Positions 1 to 9,565 of a stretch of 24,000 bases of DNA are shown in pieces (within the stretch, counting starts at the first letter, position 1; each line of letters starts with the position of its first letter). The DNA comes from Citrobacter enshiensis. Its GTDB lineage: Bacteria; Pseudomonadota; Gammaproteobacteria; Enterobacterales; Enterobacteriaceae. Both the position numbers and the translations under genes were made by a program. Under the pieces are notes generated by a model. The model made no database searches. It saw only the letters and a program-made list of their open reading frames with translations, and was not told where the DNA came from. The stretch is from assembly GCF_029338175.1 (NCBI RefSeq), contig NZ_CP119862.1:3728839-3752838 (forward strand), in the 5' to 3' direction.

Positions 1-442
1 GCAGTTTTCCCTCAAGTACGGCAATGTGCAGTACACCGGATGAGAGGTCTTGTTCGGTTAAAAAGGCGCGACTGGTGATATAACCACGACTGATGTACCA
101 GTCAGAAATCGCGTTCGTCAGTTCAGTCAGTCGGGGGACATCCAGGCATTGATTCACCCACGGCGCAGTCAGTTTCGCGGCGGCAGAGGCTGACAATTTC
201 GTTGTGCCGTCAACGTCAATCCGCGAAATCGTAAAACACCGGCCTTCGGACGCGGTGGGGGCCACCGGGGGCGTCGCGCCGGGAAGGGTAACACTCCGCT
301 CTAACTCTTCACGTTGACGCTGGTTGTCATCGAGCAACTGCTGCTGTTGCTGCTGAATAGTATTACGATCGGCTGGTGATAACGGTGCGGCAGAAACGGG
401 GGCGAAGGACACTAAAAACAGTCCTGCCAGTAAAACTGCCAT
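1..442 (-). CDS. Two-partner-secretion outer-membrane transporter (TpsB; ShlB/FhaC/HecB/CdiB family), N-terminal 147 codons only; the gene continues beyond the left window edge
   Basis: Absent from the ORF track because there is no stop in the window. Reverse-strand reading from ATG 442-440 (AGGGAAG 5 nt upstream) gives 147 uninterrupted codons: MAVLLAGLFLVSFAPVSAAPLSPADRNTIQQQQQQLLDDNQRQREELERSVTLPGATPPVAPTASEGRCFTISRIDVDGTTKLSASAAAKLTAPWVNQCLDVPRLTELTNAISDWYISRGYITSRAFLTEQDLSSGVLHIAVLEGKL. This shows a signal peptide, a Gln-rich linker, then the C-x-I-x-x-I-x-x-x-G ... GYITSR ... EG POTRA-region pattern of ShlB/HpmB/FhaC-type proteins. In-frame GTG codons at 463 and 466 would add MKFREEK, a positively charged signal-peptide n-region, so they are plausible alternative starts. 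Confidence 0.75.
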   Translation of the reverse strand, partial: MAVLLAGLFLVSFAPVSAAPLSPADRNTIQQQQQQLLDDNQRQREELERSVTLPGATPPVAPTASEGRCFTISRIDVDGTTKLSASAAAKLTAPWVNQCLDVPRLTELTNAISDWYISRGYITSRAFLTEQDLSSGVLHIAVLEGKL

Positions 443-724
443 TTTTTCTTCCCTGAACTTCACCACAACCCCCAATTAAAAGTCCGATCATGGACTTGAC
501 TGTAATTAAGTCACGCAAAAAAGCACAATATGCAAATAAAAGTAAAGGCATTAAGTGCTATTTCATTTATATCCTATTGCTTTTAAGAATAAATTGTTTT
601 TTAAGTTAAATTTTCACTCCGTCCATATGGCCCAATCCCATCGTTACTTGCCCATTTGCCCACATTCATCTTCTGGACAACACTCTACGATGGCACCACT
701 GACTCACCACGTGGAGTAAACATC

Positions 725-1501
725 ATGAACATCACCCAAATCCGTAATGCCACACAGCTCATCACCTTTGGCCACAAAACGTTTCTGGTAGACCCCATGC
801 TGGCTCCGCAAGGCGCATATCCAGGATTTGCCGGAACGGCGCGCGCGGAGATCCGTAATCCGACGGTGGAATTACCGTGCGATATTGACACGCTGTTGAA
901 AGTCGATGTCCTGATCGTCACCCACCTGCATGAAGATCACTGGGATGAAGTCGCGGCTCGCACAATACCCAAGGACAAACCTGTCTACGTGCAAAATGCC
1001 CAGGATGCACAAACGTTGCGGGATCAGGGCTTCACCCGGCTTACCGTTTTGTCGGATAATACCGTGTTGGGCGACATCACCCTGCGTAAAACCGGCGGTC
1101 AGCACGGTTCGGATCGCGCTTACGCGGTTCCGCAAATGGCGGAACGTTTAGGGGAGGCTTGTGGGGTCATTTTCCAGCATCCTGAGGAGAAAACGCTGTA
1201 TCTGGTCGGCGATACGATCTGGCGCGACGAGGTGGAAGCCGCGATGTCGACCTTCCAGCCTGACGTGGTGGTCGTGAATGCAGGGTTTGCGCACGTCCTC
1301 GGTTTTGGCCCGATCATTATGGGCGCGGAAGATGTGCTAAAAACCCACTTCGCGCTGCCGCAGGCACAGATTGTGGCCACCCATATGGAAGCCATAAACC
1401 ACTGCCTGCTCACCCGTGACGCGCTCAGGCAGTATGCCCGGGATAACCAAATTGCAGAATTCGTGAACGTGCCGGAGGATGGTGAAACGCTCACATTTTA
1501 A
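725..1501 (+). CDS. MBL-fold metallo-hydrolase (UlaG/COG2220-like), substrate unknown
   Basis: ORF track gives 656..1501 with a TTG start. I prefer ATG 725 (GGAG at 713-716, 8-nt spacer), giving 258 aa starting MNITQIRNATQLITFGHKTFLVDP. It has an HxHxDH-type metal motif (VTHLHEDHWD) and later His/Asp-containing segments (GGQHGSD, VATHME) typical of the metallo-beta-lactamase fold. Confidence 0.75.
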   Translation: MNITQIRNATQLITFGHKTFLVDPMLAPQGAYPGFAGTARAEIRNPTVELPCDIDTLLKVDVLIVTHLHEDHWDEVAARTIPKDKPVYVQNAQDAQTLRDQGFTRLTVLSDNTVLGDITLRKTGGQHGSDRAYAVPQMAERLGEACGVIFQHPEEKTLYLVGDTIWRDEVEAAMSTFQPDVVVVNAGFAHVLGFGPIIMGAEDVLKTHFALPQAQIVATHMEAINHCLLTRDALRQYARDNQIAEFVNVPEDGETLTF

Positions 1502-1522
1502 TGACTCACGATGAGGAATCTT

Positions 1523-2476
1523 ATGCACCCTGTCACCGTCGCCATTATCGCCGTTGAAGATTTCAGCCCTTTCCACTTCTCGGTACCCTGCATCATTTTC
1601 AGCGAAAAAATGGCTGCGAAAAAACGATTTGAGGTACAGATCTGTGCAGAAAAGCCAGGAATTGTCAGCTCACAGGATGGATTTTCGGTTACCGCCTCTC
1701 ACAGCTATGAGGCGGTGACCGATGCAGACATCGTAGTCATCCCTTACTGGAACACCACGGCGAATCGCCCACCGCAGCGTTTACTTAACGCGCTGATTAG
1801 CGCGCGGAATAATGGCGCGCAGATTGTCGGGCTTTGTCTGGGAGCCTTCGTTCTGGGCTACGCGGGTTTGCTTGACGGTAAACGCGCCGCCACCCACTGG
1901 GAATTTGAGCAGGATTTTCAGGCGCGCTTCCCCACAACTCACCTTGATATTAACGCTTTGTACGTGGACAACGAGGGCATTATTACCTCGGCAGGAACCG
2001 CCGCGGCACTGGATTGCTGCCTGTACGTTATCCGTCAACGCTTTGGCAGCGTGGTAGCTAATCAGATTGCCCGGCGGATGATTGTCCCACCGCATCGCGA
2101 GGGGGGTCAGGCACAGTTTATCGAACAACCCGTGCCAAAAAACACCCAGGATGAGCGCATCAACGCGCTAATCGATTATTTACGCATGCACATCCACGAA
2201 CAGCATAACCTGGACTCGCTGGCGCAGCAGGTGATGATGAGCCGCCGCACCTTGACGCGTCATTTTATGAAAGCCACAGGATCGAGCGTGGCCGAGTGGC
2301 TAATTACCGAGCGTCTGCGCCGCAGCCAGGAACTGCTGGAGTCCAGCCATCTCCCGGTCGAGCGGATTGCGGAACAGGTCGGGTTTCTTTCACCGGTGAC
2401 CTGGCGCCAGCATTTTAAATCTCATTTTGGCGTCAGCCCCGCTGAATGGCGCAAAACCTTCCAGGGCGTGGCGTGA
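1523..2476 (+). CDS. GlxA-family transcriptional regulator (DJ-1/PfpI-like N-terminal domain plus AraC-type HTH C-terminal domain)
   Basis: ORF 1511..2476. ATG 1523 has GAGGA 5 nt upstream; ATG 1511 is the alternative. The N-terminal part carries a nucleophile-elbow-like GLCLGAFVLGYAG. The C-terminal part is a classical AraC/XylS dual HTH (LDSLAQQVMMSRRTLTRHFMKATGSSVAEWLITERLRRSQELL ... IAEQVGFLSPVTWRQHFKSHFGVSPAEWRK). It starts 9-21 bp after the MBL gene stop, so the two are probably co-transcribed. Confidence 0.8.
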   Translation: MHPVTVAIIAVEDFSPFHFSVPCIIFSEKMAAKKRFEVQICAEKPGIVSSQDGFSVTASHSYEAVTDADIVVIPYWNTTANRPPQRLLNALISARNNGAQIVGLCLGAFVLGYAGLLDGKRAATHWEFEQDFQARFPTTHLDINALYVDNEGIITSAGTAAALDCCLYVIRQRFGSVVANQIARRMIVPPHREGGQAQFIEQPVPKNTQDERINALIDYLRMHIHEQHNLDSLAQQVMMSRRTLTRHFMKATGSSVAEWLITERLRRSQELLESSHLPVERIAEQVGFLSPVTWRQHFKSHFGVSPAEWRKTFQGVA

Positions 2477-2484
2477 GCGAGCGC

Positions 2485-3093
2485 TTAACCTCGTTTTTTC
2501 GCCAGCCAAATGGTATGCCCTGTGCAGTGGGGATCTTCCATCATCATATCTACGACCTCAAAGCCGATCGCCGACAGGAGGGCGCGGTACTCTTGTGGGG
2601 CAAGACTGGCATGGAACAACGGTTCACCCTCAAATTGCCCCATGGAGATCCCGTTTTCGGGGCCGCTGGTAAACATTAACGCACTGCCAGAATGGCTCAA
2701 CTGGGCAAAAATCGGGAACATCTTTTGTTGGTCCTGCTGGGTTAAATGGAAAAAGCTGTCCCACGCAATCAGACCGTCAAAGGTTTCATTGAGCGTTAAT
2801 TCGCGCATATCCTGCTCCAGCCAGCGCTGACTGGGAAAGGACGCCCGGGCGCGCGCCAGCATCGCCGCAGAACCATCAACACCGGTAAGCTGGAAACCTT
2901 GCTGGATAAAATAGTCAGCAATCGGCTGACCATTCCCACAACCGATATCGAGAATGCTTCCCTTCCCGCCAATGACGGCGATGAATTTATCCAGCCAGCA
3001 TTTTTCGAACAGTGTCCGCGAGCGCTGGCTGGCATAGGCATCAGCGTGACGTCGGTAGATAGACAAAATGTTCTTTGCCGCAGAGTCACTCAC
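2485..3093 (-). CDS. Class I SAM-dependent methyltransferase (202 aa), substrate unknown
   Basis: ORF track 2485..3093 (-). It has the SAM-binding motif I (ILDIGCGNGQP), an acidic motif II (LTGVDGS) and a post-I/III region (DGLIAWDSFFHL). It is convergent with the GlxA-type gene, with only 8 bp between the stop codons. Confidence 0.8.
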   Translation of the reverse strand: MSDSAAKNILSIYRRHADAYASQRSRTLFEKCWLDKFIAVIGGKGSILDIGCGNGQPIADYFIQQGFQLTGVDGSAAMLARARASFPSQRWLEQDMRELTLNETFDGLIAWDSFFHLTQQDQQKMFPIFAQLSHSGSALMFTSGPENGISMGQFEGEPLFHASLAPQEYRALLSAIGFEVVDMMMEDPHCTGHTIWLAKKRG

Positions 3094-3207
3094 ATTTCCC
3101 TCACTATTTTCTGCTGTTCTATCATTAGGTTAAGCATAAATACTCCAGATCTGCCATCACGAGATCCATTCCCCTGGAATGAGCCTCGCAGAACAAGAAC
3201 CACAAAT

Positions 3208-3236
3208 AACCAAAACCGTCTGCGTTGTGGCATGAT
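3208..3236 (+). promoter_or_regulatory. Putative weak constitutive lacI promoter (-35 AACCAA, 17-bp spacer, -10 CATGAT)
   Basis: TGGCATGATAGCGC (3228-3241) matches the E. coli PlacI -10 region (GGCATGATAGCGCC). It sits about 36 nt upstream of the lacI GTG, the same distance as in E. coli. Confidence 0.45.
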
Positions 3237-3271
3237 AGCGCGTGGATAACGTAATGATCAGGGTGATGAGT

Positions 3272-4354
3272 GTGAAACCGGTAACACTTTACGATGTGGC
3301 AGACCATGCAGGTGTCTCTTATCAGACTGTCTCCCGCGTGGTGAATCAGGCCAGTCACGTTTCCGCCAAAACCCGTGAAAAAGTCGAAGCCGCGATGGCG
3401 GAGCTCAATTACATTCCCAACCGTGTCGCCCAGCAGTTGGCGGGTAAACAGACCCCACTCATTGGCGTTGCTACCGCCAACCTTGCGCTGCACGCCCCTT
3501 CGCAAATTGTCGCGGCGATTAAATCCCGCGCCGACAGTTCTGGCGCCAGCGTGGTGATCGCCATGGTCGAACGCAGCGGCGTGGAGGCCTGCAAAGCGGC
3601 GGTGCATAACCTGCTTTCCCAGCGTGTAACCGGGCTGATTATCAACTACCCGCTGGAAGAAAACGATGCCATCGCTGTCGCGGAAACCTGCGGCAACGTT
3701 CCGGTACTGTTTCTCGACGTATCCGACCTCTCCCCGATTAACAGCATTATTTTTTCCCATGACGACGGCGCGCGTCTGGGCGTTGAACATCTGGTCGAGT
3801 ATGGGCATCAGCGCATTGCGCTACTGGCCGGGCCGCATTCGTCTGTTTCCGCCCGACTAAGGTTGGCAGGTTGGCATAAATATCTGGCCGACTATCAGCT
3901 ACAGCCGGTCGCAGAAAGACAAGGGGACTGGAGCGCGATGTCCGGTTTTTTACAGACACAGCAAATGCTCAATGCGGGGATCATCCCCGACGCGATGCTG
4001 GTGGCTAACGATCAGATGGCACTGGGCGCGATGCGGGCAATCAGCGAGTTTGGTCTGCGCGTGGGAAGCGATATCTCCGTTATTGGCTATGACGATACCG
4101 AGGACAGTGCCTGCTACATCCCGCCGCTCACGACCATCAGACAGGATTTCGCGCTGCTCGGGCAGACCAGCGTCGACAGACTGCTAAAACTCTCTCAGGG
4201 TAAAGCTGTCACGGGTAACCAATTGCTACCCGTTAGCCTGGTTAAGCGCAAAACGGTACACCATCCCGGTTCCCAGGCAGCCTCTCCTCAGGCGCTGGCT
4301 GATTCACTTATTCAACTGGCGCGGCAGATTTCGCAGCTCAAACCAAAAATGTGA
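3272..4354 (+). CDS. lacI: Lactose operon repressor LacI (360 aa)
   Basis: ORF track 3242..4354. As in E. coli, the conserved protein starts at GTG 3272 (gtgaaaccggtaacactttacgatgtg = MKPVTLYDVADHAGVSYQTVSRVVNQASHVSAKTREKVEAAMAELNYIPNRVAQQLAGKQ). The length of 360 aa equals E. coli LacI, with a LacI/GalR HTH plus a periplasmic-binding-protein-like core. Confidence 0.95.
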   Translation: MKPVTLYDVADHAGVSYQTVSRVVNQASHVSAKTREKVEAAMAELNYIPNRVAQQLAGKQTPLIGVATANLALHAPSQIVAAIKSRADSSGASVVIAMVERSGVEACKAAVHNLLSQRVTGLIINYPLEENDAIAVAETCGNVPVLFLDVSDLSPINSIIFSHDDGARLGVEHLVEYGHQRIALLAGPHSSVSARLRLAGWHKYLADYQLQPVAERQGDWSAMSGFLQTQQMLNAGIIPDAMLVANDQMALGAMRAISEFGLRVGSDISVIGYDDTEDSACYIPPLTTIRQDFALLGQTSVDRLLKLSQGKAVTGNQLLPVSLVKRKTVHHPGSQAASPQALADSLIQLARQISQLKPKM

Positions 4355-4367
4355 ACGCATAACAATT
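4347..4367. promoter_or_regulatory. Auxiliary lac operator at the O3 position, overlapping the lacI stop codon
   Basis: AAATGTGAACGCATAACAATT matches E. coli O1 (AATTGTGAGCGGATAACAATT) at 18/21 positions. It lies immediately upstream of the CRP site, where E. coli has O3, and the lacI TGA (4352-4354) sits inside it as in E. coli. Confidence 0.7.
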
Positions 4368-4388
4368 ATGTGAGTCAGTTCACTCATT
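4367..4388. promoter_or_regulatory. CRP (CAP) binding site of the lac promoter
   Basis: TATGTGAGTCAGTTCACTCATT, with TGTGA (4369-4373), a 6-nt spacer and TCACT (4380-4384). This is near-identical to the E. coli lac CAP site AATGTGAGTTAGCTCACTCATT and has the same spacing to the -35 element. Confidence 0.8.
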
Positions 4389-4401
4389 GAGCGTCCCATC
4401 C

Positions 4402-4431
4402 TTTACAGCAAGAATCCATTGTTCGTATTTT
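4402..4431 (+). promoter_or_regulatory. lacZYA promoter (-35 TTTACA, 18-bp spacer, -10 TATTTT)
   Basis: It aligns without gaps to E. coli Plac (TTTACA-N18-TATGTT). The distances to the CRP site and O1 are unchanged. Confidence 0.8.
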
Positions 4432-4437
4432 GTTTTA

Positions 4438-7559
<3,122 letters not shown>

Positions 7560-7566
7560 TAATAAT

Positions 7567-7588
7567 CGGGCAGGTTCGCACCTGCCCG
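7567..7588 (+). other. lacZ-lacY intercistronic stem-loop (8-bp GC-rich stem, 6-nt loop)
   Basis: CGGGCAGG-ttcgca-CCTGCCCG lies directly after the lacZ stop region (TAATAATAA). A hairpin sits at the equivalent position in E. coli (cgggcagg...ctgcccg), where it is associated with lac mRNA processing and stability. Confidence 0.6.
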
Positions 7589-7611
7589 CATTCATCGTAA
7601 GGAAGTCCACT

Positions 7612-8865
7612 ATGTATTATTTAAAAAACACTAACTTCTGGATGTTCGGCTTTTTCTTCTTCTTTTACTTTTTCATTATGGGTGCCTATTTCCCCTTCTT
7701 CCCTATCTGGCTACACGATATAAACCATATCAGCAAAGGGGACACCGGTGTCATTTTTGCCTGTATTTCGCTGTTCTCACTGCTATTCCAGCCGATATTC
7801 GGTCTGCTTTCCGATAAACTTGGCTTGCGTAAACATTTGCTGTGGGTCATTACCGGAATGCTGGTAATGTTTGCCCCGTTCTTTATTTACGTCTTTGGCC
7901 CACTACTACAAGCTAATATTTTACTGGGTTCTATTGTCGGCGGGATTTATCTCGGTTTTATTTACAACGCCGGTGCCCCCGCGATTGAAGCCTATATTGA
8001 AAAGACCAGTCGCCGGAGCAACTTTGAATTTGGCCGCGCGCGTATGTTTGGCTGCGTGGGTTGGGCGCTGTGCGCCTCAATTGCCGGGATTATGTTTACC
8101 ATCAATAACCAGTTTGTCTTCTGGTTAGGCTCCGGATGCGCGGTCATTCTGGCAATGCTGCTGTTCTTCTCGAAAACAGATGCGCCTTCTTCCGCAAAGG
8201 TTGCAGACGCAGTGGGTGCTAACCACTCCGCCTTCAGTCTGAAACTGGCGCTGGAGTTATTTAAACAGCCTAAACTCTTGTTCCTCTCCCTATACGTGGT
8301 CGGTGTTTCCTGTACTTACGACGTGTTTGACCAACAGTTCGCCAATTTCTTCACCTCGTTTTTTACTACCGGTGAACAAGGCACTCGCGTATTTGGCTAT
8401 GTCACCACCATGGGGGAATTACTCAACGCCACCATCATGTTCTTTGCGCCGCTGATCGTGAATCGCATTGGCGGAAAAAATGCCCTACTGCTTGCGGGTA
8501 CAATCATGTCGGTGCGGATTATCGGCTCCTCATTCGCCACCTCCGCACTGGAGGTTGTCATCCTCAAAACGCTGCATATGTTTGAAATACCGTTCCTGAT
8601 CGTCGGCTGCTTCAAATACATCACCAGCCAGTTTGAGGTGCGTTTCTCAGCCACGATTTATCTGGTGTGTTTTTGTTTCTTCAAACAGTTAGCGATGATT
8701 TTCATGTCTGTATTAGCCGGAAACATGTATGAGAGTATTGGTTTCCAGGGGGCTTATCTGGTACTGGGCATCATTGCGCTCAGCTTCACGCTGATTTCAG
8801 TCTTTACCCTCAGTGGACCGGGGCCGTTTTCCCGCTATTTCGTACAAACAGAAAAGCAATTCTGA
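7612..8865 (+). CDS. lacY: Lactose permease LacY (MFS, 417 aa)
   Basis: ORF track 7444..8865 is an upstream extension that overlaps the lacZ end. The conserved protein starts at ATG 7612 ([42 protein letters not shown]), preceded by AAGGAAG. The length equals E. coli LacY. Confidence 0.95.
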   Translation: MYYLKNTNFWMFGFFFFFYFFIMGAYFPFFPIWLHDINHISKGDTGVIFACISLFSLLFQPIFGLLSDKLGLRKHLLWVITGMLVMFAPFFIYVFGPLLQANILLGSIVGGIYLGFIYNAGAPAIEAYIEKTSRRSNFEFGRARMFGCVGWALCASIAGIMFTINNQFVFWLGSGCAVILAMLLFFSKTDAPSSAKVADAVGANHSAFSLKLALELFKQPKLLFLSLYVVGVSCTYDVFDQQFANFFTSFFTTGEQGTRVFGYVTTMGELLNATIMFFAPLIVNRIGGKNALLLAGTIMSVRIIGSSFATSALEVVILKTLHMFEIPFLIVGCFKYITSQFEVRFSATIYLVCFCFFKQLAMIFMSVLAGNMYESIGFQGAYLVLGIIALSFTLISVFTLSGPGPFSRYFVQTEKQF

Positions 8866-8894
8866 AAATAAAATACAAGGATGGAATATCACCA

Positions 8895-9506
8895 ATGAAC
8901 ATTTCTATGAGAGACAGAATAATAGCAGGAAAACTGTTTACCGATATGTGCGAAGGTCTTCCAGAAGAGAGACTGCGCGGAAAAGAGTTAATGTATGAAT
9001 TTAACCACTCGCGTCCATCTGAGGTTGAAAAGAGGGAAAAACTGATTCGCGAAATGTTTGGGACCGTCGGAGAACATGCCTGGATAGAGCCCCCTATTTA
9101 TTTCTCTTATGGCACCAATATTCATCTTGGCGATAACTTCTATGCTAATTTTAACTTTACCATTGTAGATGATTATACGGTCACTATTGGTGATAATGTT
9201 CTGATTGCGCCGAATGTCACTATCTCTGTCACTGGACACCCCGTTCACCATGAATTGAGAAAATCCGGAGAAATGTTTTCCTTTCCAGTCACTATCGGCA
9301 ATAACGTATGGATTGGGAGTAATGTGGTCATCAACCCCGGTATCACGATTGGAGATAATTCCGTTATTGGTGCGGGCAGCGTAGTCACACAAGATATTCC
9401 ATCTGATACTGTTGCCGTGGGTATTCCCTGTCGAGTGATAAGAACCATTAATGAAAGGGATAAAGAATACTATTACAAAAATTATAAGGTGGAGCCGTCA
9501 ATTTAA
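8895..9506 (+). CDS. lacA: Galactoside O-acetyltransferase LacA (203 aa, hexapeptide-repeat fold)
   Basis: ORF track 8895..9506. The sequence MNISMRDRIIAGKLFTDMCEGLPEERLRGKELMYEFNHS ... TIGDNVLIAPNVTISVTGHPVHHELRK is closely parallel to E. coli LacA. An AAGGATGG SD lies upstream. Confidence 0.95.
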   Translation: MNISMRDRIIAGKLFTDMCEGLPEERLRGKELMYEFNHSRPSEVEKREKLIREMFGTVGEHAWIEPPIYFSYGTNIHLGDNFYANFNFTIVDDYTVTIGDNVLIAPNVTISVTGHPVHHELRKSGEMFSFPVTIGNNVWIGSNVVINPGITIGDNSVIGAGSVVTQDIPSDTVAVGIPCRVIRTINERDKEYYYKNYKVEPSI

Positions 9507-9514
9507 GACGTAAT

Positions 9515-9550
9515 GCCGGATACACCACTGACGCGGCTTATCCGGCCTAC
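9515..9550. repeat. REP (repetitive extragenic palindrome) element between the convergent lacA and prpE
   Basis: GCCGGATACACCACTGACGCGGCTTATCCGGCCTAC has CCGGAT...ATCCGG arms and the GGCCTAC tail typical of enterobacterial REP. Confidence 0.75.
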
Positions 9551-9565
9551 GCTTAACATGCCAGG

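Noticed and set aside
363-551. 62-aa minus-strand ORF from the track (MPLLLFAYCAFLRD...)
   Set aside because: It overlaps the TpsB start region in a different frame. It has no SD, has an odd composition, and is explained by the real TpsB frame, which has strong family signatures.
3125-3808. 227-aa ORF antisense to lacI
   Set aside because: This is a shadow ORF on the opposite strand of a clearly identified gene. It is Arg/Gly/His-rich and low-complexity, as is typical of antisense frames in GC-rich coding DNA.
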